From a virus: 64,000 bases of DNA. Of this stretch, positions 41,192 through 51,904 are shown piece by piece. Where the stretch lies: positions 1 to 64,000 of the IMG/VR virus record IMGVR_UViG_3300031952_000010; one strand, given 5' to 3'. Position 1 is the stretch's first letter, and every line of letters begins with the position of its first letter. The translations under genes and the position numbers were made by a program. The notes under the pieces were generated by a model that saw nothing but the letters and a program-made list of their open reading frames with translations, made no database searches and was not told where the DNA came from.

Positions 41192-42297
41192 AAAATCTAC
41201 CTAAAGAAGAGCTACTAAGCAGACTTGAAGCAATTAATAGAAGTAACGCTATTATCTACTTTGACCTTAACGGAATTATATTAGGGGTTAATGATATTTT
41301 TTTAGAAGCAATGGGCTATGGTAAAGGTAACCATGAAGATTTAGTTGGAAAGCACCATAGTATTTTTGTATGTGATGACTATGCAAGAACACTTGAGTAT
41401 GAAAAGTTTTGGGATATCTTAAGAAGCGGTAGGTACTATCAAGGCGAGTTTGAAAGAAGAAAAAAGGATGGTACTCTTATTAATCTTCAAGCAACTTACA
41501 ATCCTATTTTTGATGAAGAGGGTAAGATTACTAAAATAATGAAGATTGCCACTGATATTAGTTTAATTGTTAATAGCCAAAAACAAATAGAGGCAATCAA
41601 TAGAAGTACTGCTCTCATAAGTTTTAACCTTGATGGGTTCATAACAGAAGTTAATTCTATATTTTTAGAAACTATGGGATATACTGCTAATGAAAAATCT
41701 AAAGTCATCGGCAAACATCACAGTGTTTTTGTGAGTTATGAGTATTCAAAGTCTGATGATTATACTAAGTTTTGGGAAAGCTTGAAAAAAGGTAAATACT
41801 TTGATGGGATTTTTGAAAGAAAAAAAGTAGATGGCTCTACTGTTTATCTTCAAGCATCTTACAATCCTGTGTTAGATAGTAAAGGAAATATCACTGATGT
41901 AGTTAAAATTGCAACTGATGTTACTGAGTCTGTAAACAATAAGAAAAAAATAGATGACTTAACAAAGAATTTGACAATTGAGCTAAATAATTCAGAAAAA
42001 CTTAAGAACTCAATAGAGATAGAAAAGAACGCAGCATTGAATGACTTAGACATAGTGATGAAAAAAAGTCAATCTGAGCTAATAAAAACAATTGTAAAGG
42101 TTGCATTGTCCGTTATCATTGGTGTAGGTGTTGTAACAACTATGTTATATTGGATGGCTATGGTTACAGGTAAAGACACACAAATTATAGGTTCTACTTG
42201 GAGTAATATGTTTAGTGTACTACTAACAAACGCGTTTTCAATAGTCGGTACAATTATGGGTATTAAGTATGCAACGCAAGATGGAAAAAAACAATAA
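41188..42297 (+). CDS. tandem PAS/PAC sensor protein with C-terminal TM helices
   Basis: two repeats of AINRS.A...F..DG....N..FL..MGY....GKHHS.FV...FW..L..G....G.F.R..KDG....LQA.YNP.......KIATD. Confidence 0.85.
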   Translation: MKNLPKEELLSRLEAINRSNAIIYFDLNGIILGVNDIFLEAMGYGKGNHEDLVGKHHSIFVCDDYARTLEYEKFWDILRSGRYYQGEFERRKKDGTLINLQATYNPIFDEEGKITKIMKIATDISLIVNSQKQIEAINRSTALISFNLDGFITEVNSIFLETMGYTANEKSKVIGKHHSVFVSYEYSKSDDYTKFWESLKKGKYFDGIFERKKVDGSTVYLQASYNPVLDSKGNITDVVKIATDVTESVNNKKKIDDLTKNLTIELNNSEKLKNSIEIEKNAALNDLDIVMKKSQSELIKTIVKVALSVIIGVGVVTTMLYWMAMVTGKDTQIIGSTWSNMFSVLLTNAFSIVGTIMGIKYATQDGKKQ

Positions 42298-42320
42298 ATG
42301 AATTAAAAGATAAATAAATT

Positions 42321-43265
42321 ATGAAAAAACACGCACACATTAAACACAACGAAACCGCAGAAACACATTCAGATGAAACTTCTGGCGGAGCATCAATTGA
42401 TAACACAACTACTGCATCCGCAGGTGTATCAACGGGAGATGAAAACGCATCAATAGGTATTGAGGCGTCAGTTAAAAGTGGAACCGAGGCATCTGTAGAA
42501 GGAGGATTAGACGGTAATAATGTTTATGTAGAAGCAAACTACTCAGATACAACTGAGGCTCATGTAACAGTAGAAGGTCAAGCCAATGCGGAAGGATTTG
42601 GAGTTAGTGGTACTGTTGACGCTTATGTTAAAACAGGAAATGAAGCGAGTTTAGAAGTAAGAGCTGGTGATGAAGGAGTCGTTGCGAACGGGGAACTATC
42701 TTCAGGAAGTTCAGTTGGTGTAGATGGTGAAGGAACATTAGATTTGAGAGAAGGTTCTGTAACCGCAGGTGCAGGGGTATCAGTTGGAGAACAAGTTGGT
42801 ATCGGTGGTGGTGGTGAAGCTACTTTGGTAGATGGAGTTGCAACCGTAGGAGTTAGTGGTGAAGTGGCGGTTTTACTTGGTGTTGATGTTGATTTAAGTG
42901 TTAGTATTGATACAAACCAAATTGCAGAAGACGCTAAATTAGCCGCGGAACAATCAGAACGTGCGGCGGCAGAAGCTCAAGAATTGGCTGAATTAACACG
43001 AAAAGAAACTGAACGACTTGCGGCAATCGCCCAAGAAGAAACTGAAAGAAAAGCGAAAGAGGCTCAGGAAGAATTTGATAGACAAGCGAAAGCGGCTAAA
43101 GAAGAAAGTGATAGATTGGCGAGAATTGCACAGGAAGAACTTGACAGACAGGCGAGAGCGGCACAGGAAGAACTTGACAGACAAGCGAGAGCGGCACAAG
43201 ACGCACTTAATAACGCGGCAAGAGAAGCTGAAAAATCAAAATGGAATCCTAAAAATTGGTTTTAA
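42321..43265 (+). CDS. Gly/Val-rich beta-repeat protein with coiled-coil repeat tail
   Basis: AGAGVSVG-type repeats; AQEELDRQARA repeats. Confidence 0.75.
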   Translation: MKKHAHIKHNETAETHSDETSGGASIDNTTTASAGVSTGDENASIGIEASVKSGTEASVEGGLDGNNVYVEANYSDTTEAHVTVEGQANAEGFGVSGTVDAYVKTGNEASLEVRAGDEGVVANGELSSGSSVGVDGEGTLDLREGSVTAGAGVSVGEQVGIGGGGEATLVDGVATVGVSGEVAVLLGVDVDLSVSIDTNQIAEDAKLAAEQSERAAAEAQELAELTRKETERLAAIAQEETERKAKEAQEEFDRQAKAAKEESDRLARIAQEELDRQARAAQEELDRQARAAQDALNNAAREAEKSKWNPKNWF

Positions 43266-43271
43266 AAAAAT

Positions 43272-43523
43272 ATGAGAACAGACGTTGATTATATAATTTC
43301 TTTAATGAAAGAATTCACCCCTAATAGTTCTAAGAATGAAATAGGGGAACAGGACGCTGCCCCCGCAGCGGGGGCAACTTCTTCAGGTGGGGGTAATTCA
43401 CCATCCACTTGGTCTGACATTGTTGGGTCAAAACTTACCCGAGGTAAGGCAAATAAGTTAGGTAGGTCAGGTGAAAAATGGGAATCAGGTTTAACCCGAG
43501 GTCCTGCTAATCAATTGAAGTAA
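43272..43523 (+). CDS. hypothetical protein with repeated LTRG.AN
   Basis: LTRGKAN and LTRGPAN. Confidence 0.7.
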   Translation: MRTDVDYIISLMKEFTPNSSKNEIGEQDAAPAAGATSSGGGNSPSTWSDIVGSKLTRGKANKLGRSGEKWESGLTRGPANQLK

Positions 43524-43582
43524 TACTTTATTGTAATAATAAACTATTTATCATTAATAAGATATTTATAGAAAAATAAAAA

Positions 43583-45028
43583 ATGGAAAAATTAGTCTTT
43601 GAAGGGATTTCCCACAACCTACAATATGTTTTTACTAACAGAGGGGTTTCAAGAATTTCGGAACAATTAAACGATTTAAACGGTAAGAATTATGTTTCTT
43701 ATACCCATAACAACTTAAATGTTGCTATAGATATAATGAAAGAGAATACCGAATTTAAATTTAAAACAGGTAAGTTAGACCTTGTAGAATATGCCGCAGC
43801 CCCGAGAAGATTCCTAAATAATATTATTGAAATATTTCAACCTGAGAATTCCATATCTTTAATTAAAGAGTGGGAAACTATTTTTGGTGGTGATTTATTA
43901 TTAATTAACGAATCTGTTGATAGTTTAATAGTTGAATCAAGAATTAACGAATCATGGGAGTCATTCAAGATTCTTTTAGAACAATGGTATAATCCTGCCG
44001 ATTGGGCTAGAGGAATTGCTAAAGGTGCTGAGAACGTTTATAATTACGGTAAAGAAAAAGTACAACAATTTAAAAAATGGGGTGGAGAACAAGTAAAACA
44101 AATACAACAAAAAGGTATTTGGAATTACGCTAAAGAAAAAGGTGCCGCTCTTTGGGACACCGTTAAAAATGCCGTTAAATCCGCATATAAATGTTTATCA
44201 AATAATTTTGTTGAGTGTTTAATGGAGGGTATTAGAGGAGCGGTTATGTCAGCTGGTGGAGTTGCGGTATTAACAGGTATATCTATGATTCCCGCTATTG
44301 GTCAAATACCGACAGTTATTATTTTTGGGGCATTACTTCTTTGGGATTTATATAAAATGATGAGTGGTAAATATGAATCGGGGGAATATCAATGGTCTGT
44401 TATGGATATTGTAATTGACGCTATTTCATTATTATTACCTGCCTTGGGTAAAGTTGTTAAAGCAGCAACCATGGGGATTAAAAGTTTTGCTAGTTTAGGT
44501 AAAGCTGCGGTTTCTAAAGGAGGAGTATTATTAAAAGTATTTAACGCCATTAAAGGTGGAATAGTTAAATTGGGTGGTTATATAACACAAGCAGCTACTT
44601 GGTTAGGTGAGAAATTAGGAATGACCACATTAAAAAGTTGGGGGTCAAGAGCTACCTCTCAATTAAGTAAAATAACTGATGATATGGTTGCAGGTAGTGG
44701 AGGTAAAATCGCCACAAAAGCTTCAACCAAAATTAAACCTGTTAGTGTAGGCCAAAAAGTTAAAAGTGGTTTAAACAAAGCGTATAGACCTGATTTAGGT
44801 AAGGCAATTCCTGCTAAAGGTGTTATTGTTAAATCAGCAGGTAACGCATTTTTAGTTACAACGGCAATTTGTGCGGCGTTAGGATTAAATGGGGCAACAT
44901 GTACCGAAAAAATAGAAAATGGTGAAGTTACACCTGAACAATACGAGGCGGCAAAAAAACAAGCGGATATTGACATGTCTAATGCGATGGCTGCGGATGA
45001 CAGTGGACTTGACTTAATGGCACTTTAA
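43583..45028 (+). CDS. putative virion/ejection protein with hydrophobic helices
   Basis: multiple INE/VE sites; Gly/Ala-rich helices. Confidence 0.6.
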   Translation: MEKLVFEGISHNLQYVFTNRGVSRISEQLNDLNGKNYVSYTHNNLNVAIDIMKENTEFKFKTGKLDLVEYAAAPRRFLNNIIEIFQPENSISLIKEWETIFGGDLLLINESVDSLIVESRINESWESFKILLEQWYNPADWARGIAKGAENVYNYGKEKVQQFKKWGGEQVKQIQQKGIWNYAKEKGAALWDTVKNAVKSAYKCLSNNFVECLMEGIRGAVMSAGGVAVLTGISMIPAIGQIPTVIIFGALLLWDLYKMMSGKYESGEYQWSVMDIVIDAISLLLPALGKVVKAATMGIKSFASLGKAAVSKGGVLLKVFNAIKGGIVKLGGYITQAATWLGEKLGMTTLKSWGSRATSQLSKITDDMVAGSGGKIATKASTKIKPVSVGQKVKSGLNKAYRPDLGKAIPAKGVIVKSAGNAFLVTTAICAALGLNGATCTEKIENGEVTPEQYEAAKKQADIDMSNAMAADDSGLDLMAL

Positions 45029-45042
45029 ATTAAATAAAAAAA

Positions 45043-46443
45043 ATGAAAATTATGAACAAAAATGAACAAATAATTGAATCTTTACATAGAGTTAAATTGT
45101 TAATGGGGTATAAATCCACAATGACGTTAACTGAAAATGTTGAAAACCTAAAAGACTCTTTTATTAATGAGTCAATTATTATCACAGAAGGTGCAGGTAA
45201 ACCTTTACTTACGGCTTTATTTGGTGGTGTGGATGATGCGGTAAGAGCAGCCTCTATTTTGGCAAAAGACGCCAAATACGTTGCGGCAACAAAGTCTATT
45301 GACGATGCAATTGCCGTTACAGGTAAAATAGCTCAAACTGATGGTAGGATACTAACAAAATCAAAGGATATTATCACGGCTATGGAGAAAGGGACTTTAA
45401 GTACTGCTGGGGTTAACCAATTAAAGGCAGGATTTTTAAAAAGTGGTAATCTTGGACCTGAACTTAGAAACACATTAGTTAATCAAGCCTCAGTTGACGC
45501 TAGAAATATTAAAGCTTTCCAAGGGATGACTCAGCAAGAAATAAAAGACGTATTAGTTAAAAAGGGGTTTAACACAGGAATTGCCGATGACATAGCAACA
45601 CAAATACATCCTAAAGTTGGTGGTAAATTACCTGTCAAAGGTAATACAACAACTAAAGGTAAAACAAATGCTAAGGGTAAAAATACTACACCAGCAAGAA
45701 AAACTAGAGTAAAACCTGGCTCAAGAACTTACAAACCAGACCCAAGTAAAGTTACTGTTTGGGAAACTATCAAAGGTAGAATCGTGGGATTGACAAGAGG
45801 AAAAATATTTAAATATTTATTAATCGCTGGTGGTTTATACTTAGTATACAAATGGTGGACAGATGAAGGTTCTGCTCCGTTCCCTGATTGTATTTCAAAA
45901 AACATTCCTCAGGAAGATTTTGAAAAAATGGTTAGTGACGGTTTAGATTATGTCTTAATTACTGACACAGGAAATACAACTATTGACCAAAATGGTGGTG
46001 GTAGATTCTTTGATGATAAAAAATTCACAACAGGTAACGGTAAATATAGTGGAACTTGGAGTGAAAAAGATGGTGGTATAGTAATCTCTGTTAGTGGAAC
46101 TGATTATTCTATATCGTGTGAAGGTATGAGTGATAGTGATGACGATAATGATAATGGTGATGGTGGTGGTGATTCAGTAACTACTTATAGAGTATGTGAC
46201 AGTTTCCCATTAACTAAAGGTTGTAAAGGTGGTAAAGTAAGTGAATTCCAAAAATGTATTGGAGTTAGTGCTGACGGTAAATTTGGACCTAAAACAGAAC
46301 AAGGATTAAAAGATAAAGGACACGACATTATAGTAACTCAAGAGGTATACGATAAGATTCTTAAGAATTGTGGAAAAAGTAATAGTGACATCAATCCAAA
46401 CGCACCTAAACCTGATGCAGGTTCACCTGATGACGATAAATAA
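45043..46443 (+). CDS. putative virion protein with TM and C-terminal PG-binding-like domain
   Basis: IIESLHRVKLLMGY; PLTKGCKGGKVSEFQKCIGVSADGKFGPKT. Confidence 0.6.
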   Translation: MKIMNKNEQIIESLHRVKLLMGYKSTMTLTENVENLKDSFINESIIITEGAGKPLLTALFGGVDDAVRAASILAKDAKYVAATKSIDDAIAVTGKIAQTDGRILTKSKDIITAMEKGTLSTAGVNQLKAGFLKSGNLGPELRNTLVNQASVDARNIKAFQGMTQQEIKDVLVKKGFNTGIADDIATQIHPKVGGKLPVKGNTTTKGKTNAKGKNTTPARKTRVKPGSRTYKPDPSKVTVWETIKGRIVGLTRGKIFKYLLIAGGLYLVYKWWTDEGSAPFPDCISKNIPQEDFEKMVSDGLDYVLITDTGNTTIDQNGGGRFFDDKKFTTGNGKYSGTWSEKDGGIVISVSGTDYSISCEGMSDSDDDNDNGDGGGDSVTTYRVCDSFPLTKGCKGGKVSEFQKCIGVSADGKFGPKTEQGLKDKGHDIIVTQEVYDKILKNCGKSNSDINPNAPKPDAGSPDDDK

Positions 46444-46456
46444 AACAAATACTATA

Positions 46457-48199
46457 ATGAAAAATAAAAATTTAATAAGAGAACAAGTTGAGGTGGCATG
46501 TTTACAAGCTTTCCCAAATAATAAAAATCTATTTACCGCGTGTGCAGCAGGATGTTTTACGGATAAAGCGTCAGGAACATTGTTTGCAAAACAAACAACA
46601 ATTAAAGACGGCCCAAACGCAGGTGTTTACGCATATAAAGAATCGGTACAAAGTCCTGGAACATATTATTTCTATAAAGACAATATTGATATCACAACAG
46701 GTCTTGGTGGAACTAAGTTAAAGGGTAATATGGATAAACAAGAACCTGCTGGTCAATGGCCATGTAGTTTGTTGACCAATATTATGGCGGCAACATTAAG
46801 TCCTAAAATTAAATTGGCGGTTGACGCATTAAAGGCGGCGACTAAATCTGAAATAGTTCCTTATCAAGACGTAACAGGTGCTGACACTATGAGTGGTAAA
46901 TACAAGTTAATGAAATTACAAGATGTACCACAAATTAAAGAAAGAAGTTTAGATTTATCTCCTGACTTGGCGGCAAGACAAGGTGATATCTTTGTATGGG
47001 TTTTACAACAAGGAAAGGTTCAATATCAAGGTAATAGAGCTGAAGAAATTATTTCAGGAATGACAAAAAATGGATGGACTGAAGGTAGATTACCCGCAGA
47101 ACAAGCTGGAACCGAAATTAACTTACAAACATCACCAATTGACACTGCTACAAAAGAACCTAAATACGCAGCAGAATTTAAATCACCATTTTACATGTAT
47201 AAATTATACAGTGAAATGAAACCATCTGAGGTTTTAACTAGTATGAAAACTCAAGTTAAAAAAGCGGGAACAGACTATAGTAAAAGTAGTTGTAGAAAAA
47301 CAATCAACAACTATTATGACATTTATGATAAAGGTGGATTGAACATGTCTCAACAAGAGATTAACATATTCAAACCAATTGTTGCAACATGTATTAATAA
47401 TAACCGTACATCGTTTGGTGGTAATATGACGGATAAAATGAATACTGTTTGGAACGCAACACCTAAGAACGGTTTAACGTTTGAAGTAAAAAGTTCTATC
47501 CAACAAAAAGCTCAAAACGAATCTAACGAAATTAAATTGAAAAATATGATTAGAGAGAATTTAGTTAGTCTTTCTGAATCTAAACAAAAAACATTATTAG
47601 GTGAACAAAATATTATCACAACAAGATTTGGTATTATTAAAGAAAGTGGTAAACCTAAAAATAGAAGTCAAAGACTAAAATTAACAGATGAGTTAATTTC
47701 AGAAACATTTTATTTAAATTCTCAAGGATTTAATAATGAATTAATTAATGAAGAATTTTTAGATGTTATTAAAGGTTTATTTGGTAATGCTGGTGAAGGA
47801 GTATTTAATTATATTAAAGAAAGATTTGCAAGTTTTATTGTTACTAAGTTAACACCGATGGACCCTGATGGATGGGCAGCAAACATACTTATCACTGCAG
47901 TCGGTAACATTCCAATCGGAGATTATATGACAGGTAAAGTATTCAGTTGTGATTACATAAGTGATGTTTTATCTAAGTCTGTCGCTGAAGGAGCATTAAG
48001 AAAAGTACAACACGATAAAGGAATGGGTGGACCATTATATGACATATTAAGAAACGCGATTGTTGAATCGTTAGAAGACACCAAATTTGGTTCGGCTATT
48101 GAAAACGCAATCGGTGATTTGGTTTGTCCTTTATTAGGGGGAATTCAGAGTAAAATGAATTTAGCGGGTGACGCTATGAAAGAGAAAGCACTAAGTTAA
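46457..48199 (+). CDS. large hypothetical (putative virion) protein
   Basis: LIREQ N-terminus; internal MIRENL, LINEE. Confidence 0.7.
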   Translation: MKNKNLIREQVEVACLQAFPNNKNLFTACAAGCFTDKASGTLFAKQTTIKDGPNAGVYAYKESVQSPGTYYFYKDNIDITTGLGGTKLKGNMDKQEPAGQWPCSLLTNIMAATLSPKIKLAVDALKAATKSEIVPYQDVTGADTMSGKYKLMKLQDVPQIKERSLDLSPDLAARQGDIFVWVLQQGKVQYQGNRAEEIISGMTKNGWTEGRLPAEQAGTEINLQTSPIDTATKEPKYAAEFKSPFYMYKLYSEMKPSEVLTSMKTQVKKAGTDYSKSSCRKTINNYYDIYDKGGLNMSQQEINIFKPIVATCINNNRTSFGGNMTDKMNTVWNATPKNGLTFEVKSSIQQKAQNESNEIKLKNMIRENLVSLSESKQKTLLGEQNIITTRFGIIKESGKPKNRSQRLKLTDELISETFYLNSQGFNNELINEEFLDVIKGLFGNAGEGVFNYIKERFASFIVTKLTPMDPDGWAANILITAVGNIPIGDYMTGKVFSCDYISDVLSKSVAEGALRKVQHDKGMGGPLYDILRNAIVESLEDTKFGSAIENAIGDLVCPLLGGIQSKMNLAGDAMKEKALS

Positions 48200-48308
48200 T
48201 TAGTGTTTAACTAACCTTCGGAGTAGAATCCGAAAGGGATAAACCATCTAAAAGAAAGGGGGGTATTCCAAATCTAGCAAAGAGGTGTCGTAAGACACCT
48301 TTTTGTTT

Positions 48309-48800
48309 TTACTTAAATGTCAATTTAAATTCTTCCCAAATACCTGTAATAGAGGGATTAATTACTTCAGAAAATAATGAAGGTTCAAAAGGTCTATAAG
48401 GTAATCTCAAGTTGGCTTCTTCAGGAGTTCTATTACCTTTATGTTTATTACAATTAGAACAACAAGTAACTAAATTAGTCCATAGATTATTACCACCACG
48501 TGATTTTGGTATTACGTGGTCAATAGTTAAATTTTTTTTAACACCACAATATACACACGAATAATTATCTCTCTTAAACAATCTTTGACGATTAATTCTA
48601 AGATTTCTTACCCTGTATTTAACGTAGTTTAATAAACGAATAATTAACGGTCTAACGTGTGTTTCATATCCTGATAGTATTGGTATCTCAGATGACTTTA
48701 AAACCTCTGCCTTACCTTTACTAACGAGTATAAACCCTCGAATAACTGTAGTTACGTTAATCGGGGTATAATCAGAATTTAAAACTAATACTTTATCCAT
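48309..48800 (-). CDS. HNH endonuclease (McrA-like)
   Basis: VLVLN, RDNYSCVYCG, TIDHVIPKSRGG, NLVTCCSNCN. Confidence 0.92.
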   Translation of the reverse strand: MDKVLVLNSDYTPINVTTVIRGFILVSKGKAEVLKSSEIPILSGYETHVRPLIIRLLNYVKYRVRNLRINRQRLFKRDNYSCVYCGVKKNLTIDHVIPKSRGGNNLWTNLVTCCSNCNKHKGNRTPEEANLRLPYRPFEPSLFSEVINPSITGIWEEFKLTFK

Positions 48801-48912
48801 AATAACGTAAGTTTAGTGTATTTTTTCGATAAAACAAAAAAAGGGTACAATTTCTTACACCCTTTTTTATAAGTTTTTATAATTTATGATTTTATTTGTT
48901 ATAAAGAGGTTA

Positions 48913-49737
48913 TTAATCTGAAACCGCCCGACCCTTTAAAGATTTCCAATCTTGTTCAGGTCTAACCTCTAAATTAGTTTTCCAAGTTGCTTCAAGAATA
49001 TTCATTGAGCAACCCACTTCATTTGCCATAGTAATCAATGCGTTAATGTCTTTAGGAAAACAAGTTCCTCCAAACCCTAATTTACCATCAGGGCCTGGAA
49101 CGTGTAAATGAGAATCCCCAATCCTTCCATCGGAAGCAAACCCATATAATGCTTTATCCCAATTAATCCCAATATTGGTCGCCAATCTATAATATTCGTT
49201 CATAAGACCAACTTTAGCCGCAAAAAAAGTGTTGTTCATATATTTTACAAACTCAGCGGTTTTTGAATCCATATGAATGATGTGTCTATTCATAAACCTA
49301 TCATTAAATAATACTTCAACTTTTTTAGTCAATTTTTCATCTCCACCAAAAATAATTCTTGCTTGAGTTAACATATCTAATTTTGCAGTTCTCTCAGTTA
49401 AGAACTCAGGTGAGAATATTATGTTATAACTGTATTTCTCAATTAGTTGGTTTGTTGTTCCTGGTAATACAGTTGACTTAATGATGAAAATAGTATCTTC
49501 TTTTGGAGAAACCGATTCAAAAAAGTTTTCAATGAATGATAAATCTTGAGACCCGTCAGTCGACATTGGGGTTGGTAAACATATAAAAATGAATTCCTGT
49601 TCCATCACTTCATTCAAAGTATTAGTCGTTTTTAATGGGTTGATATCATAGACTTTAACTTCAGATGTTGGACTAAACGCGAATGCAATAGTTTCTCCAA
49701 CAAAACCATTACCTATAACTCCTACTGTTTTTTTCAT
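48913..49737 (-). CDS. UDP-glucose/GDP-mannose dehydrogenase family protein (short form)
   Basis: IGNGFVG, IKSTV, SPEFL, GFGGTCFPKD. Confidence 0.88.
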   Translation of the reverse strand: MKKTVGVIGNGFVGETIAFAFSPTSEVKVYDINPLKTTNTLNEVMEQEFIFICLPTPMSTDGSQDLSFIENFFESVSPKEDTIFIIKSTVLPGTTNQLIEKYSYNIIFSPEFLTERTAKLDMLTQARIIFGGDEKLTKKVEVLFNDRFMNRHIIHMDSKTAEFVKYMNNTFFAAKVGLMNEYYRLATNIGINWDKALYGFASDGRIGDSHLHVPGPDGKLGFGGTCFPKDINALITMANEVGCSMNILEATWKTNLEVRPEQDWKSLKGRAVSD

Positions 49738-49808
49738 ATTTATAATTTAAAAATGATTATATGTATATATAATTATAGTAATAATAGTTAAATGGAAATC
49801 AACATAAA

Positions 49809-50495
49809 TTACGATTCTTTAGACCACTTTTTGTTGTGTTTAACTTTAGTGAATAAAAATTTATTGGAATAAACATTACCAAAACCTTTTATAGTATTAA
49901 TAGGTAATCCTACTTTCCATGATGAGTAAACTTGGGATAACTGGTCCCTACCACTATGATTTTTAATTTCATTCCACCAAACATCATTAAAGTCATTAAC
50001 TATCTTATTATTTTTTCTAAACATAAATCCTGATTGAAATAACCCAAAATTTTCAGGATACCCTTCATTCCTATATTTTAACATTTGGGTATCAACAACC
50101 TCAGGGAGTTCTAAATTTAGTTTAGAAACTTTCGCACCTTCTTTGTAAATACAATTTCTTTCATCATGTTGGTATAACATAAGGTCTTTATCTGTAAACC
50201 CAATTGTTTTAATCATTTCATTAACATCCTTAAATTTATAATCAAAACAATGGTCAATCCATATACTAATATCATGTTTAGGTAATACTTTATGAGGATT
50301 GGTTTTAAGGTACCTGGCTTTAAGTCGAGAATCGAAACTATCGTCAATAAAATCTATATGGTTAACTTCCCATATATCTGATTTGAAATATTTGTTATCT
50401 GTGAATAAAATATATCTTACATTTGGGTCATAATTTTTGGGGTTCTTAAACATATCGTATCCCCCAATATTTACACTATAAATTATTATTTTCAT
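49809..50495 (-). CDS. DUF616-like glycosyltransferase
   Basis: GGYD, FTD, PH, WID, RNCIY.E, RDQLS. Confidence 0.75.
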   Translation of the reverse strand: MKIIIYSVNIGGYDMFKNPKNYDPNVRYILFTDNKYFKSDIWEVNHIDFIDDSFDSRLKARYLKTNPHKVLPKHDISIWIDHCFDYKFKDVNEMIKTIGFTDKDLMLYQHDERNCIYKEGAKVSKLNLELPEVVDTQMLKYRNEGYPENFGLFQSGFMFRKNNKIVNDFNDVWWNEIKNHSGRDQLSQVYSSWKVGLPINTIKGFGNVYSNKFLFTKVKHNKKWSKES

Positions 50496-51265
50496 TTATA
50501 AGAGTCGTTAATTATTTTTATTATGTTTTTAATCGGGTCTGAAAAGGTTGGTTCTATTCTTTTAAAATATTTTGAGTTACTGAATTCATCCCATTGATTT
50601 TTCCAATCGGATAAATCCCACCCTAATTTATCATTTGGGTTCCTATTTAATGAAGTATGAATCCCATGAACTGGCCTATAGGTTAATTCTTCATTAAAAT
50701 TAGGGTATTTTTTACCAATCAATTTATGTAGAAACACCTCATCTAAAGATAAATACCCTTGTTTAATCAAATCAGTAAAATCGGGTATTGGGTAATAGTT
50801 CTCGTAAGGGGTAAAATGTAAACCTGATAATTTTTTTTGATTGGTCTTTTTATCTTTAATTTTTCTCACCATATTTGAATACGGTTGATTATTATTAGAC
50901 ATATTTTGAATATGTATTTCATGAAATTTTGGTTCCATTACTATTATGTCAATATCTGAAATATAAACATATTTTGATTTAACAATTGGTTCCGAATAAA
51001 ATCTAACCGTATTTGGGATGGTTTCATAATATCTACCATCTAAAGTTTTTCCATCAAAATCAACTTCTCTAATTAAAAATCGATTTGGGTACTTTTGTTT
51101 TAACATACAGATAGAAGTTTGTATTGGTTTGTAGTTGACAATGTCAACCCCAATCTCAACAAAACATTCGTCGTTATAGTATAAGTTTGAAAGTATAAAT
51201 AAAGGGATAAAATCTTTATAAATTCCGTTACAACAAGTGAATACATTAACTATTACATTTTCCAT
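50492..51265 (-). CDS. putative GT-A glycosyltransferase
   Basis: YVYISDIDI DxD motif. Confidence 0.55.
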   Translation of the reverse strand: MENVIVNVFTCCNGIYKDFIPLFILSNLYYNDECFVEIGVDIVNYKPIQTSICMLKQKYPNRFLIREVDFDGKTLDGRYYETIPNTVRFYSEPIVKSKYVYISDIDIIVMEPKFHEIHIQNMSNNNQPYSNMVRKIKDKKTNQKKLSGLHFTPYENYYPIPDFTDLIKQGYLSLDEVFLHKLIGKKYPNFNEELTYRPVHGIHTSLNRNPNDKLGWDLSDWKNQWDEFSNSKYFKRIEPTFSDPIKNIIKIINDSYK

Positions 51266-51266
51266 A

Positions 51267-51836
51267 TTATAATAAGTGGGATTTATTATTTTGATTACCA
51301 CCACGATACCAATGTTGTACGTAGATTCCCTTCATTAATCCAACTTTTAATTTCGCATGAATTGCTTTGATATGTATGTCGTTATCTATTGATAACATTT
51401 TATCTTCTTTAAAACCCCCAAGACGTTCCCAAACAGATTTTTTAATTAAAATAATAACACCGCTAAATAATTGTTTATTTGTAATATCCGTAACTTCGGT
51501 ACTATATGTTTCCCACATTTTTTTACCAAATTCTCTGTGGTATGTTTGGTTATCATTTTTTTGGTCAATACCTGGTGCAATTTGATGAGGGCACCCAATC
51601 CTATTTGTTACACAAGTGAAAATAGAATATTGTGGATTTTTTTCAATAACCAACTCAATATATTTACCAAAAAAATGAGTAGTATGTACCGCATCACCAT
51701 CAATAAAACAAACCCAATCATTGGTTCTTACTAATGACATAGTTTCGTTATAAGACTTACCAATATTTTTATTGGAGTTCCAAGGTATGGAATGAAAAAC
51801 TCTTGGTTTTGGTGGTACGAATGTATTTTCTGTCAT
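51267..51836 (-). CDS. GT2-like glycosyltransferase
   Basis: WVCFIDGD, GGFKE, IDND. Confidence 0.7.
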   Translation of the reverse strand: MTENTFVPPKPRVFHSIPWNSNKNIGKSYNETMSLVRTNDWVCFIDGDAVHTTHFFGKYIELVIEKNPQYSIFTCVTNRIGCPHQIAPGIDQKNDNQTYHREFGKKMWETYSTEVTDITNKQLFSGVIILIKKSVWERLGGFKEDKMLSIDNDIHIKAIHAKLKVGLMKGIYVQHWYRGGNQNNKSHLL

Positions 51837-51904
51837 ATTATCTTATATTACTACAAGTAAATTAAACAATCACTTGTATTTATAAATATAGATACCCCCT
51901 GTTT

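Noticed and set aside
43030-43200. Tandem nucleotide repeats as a CRISPR array
   Set aside because: These are in-frame 33-nt coding repeats (AQEELDRQARA) with no unique spacers; no CRISPR array was seen in the window.
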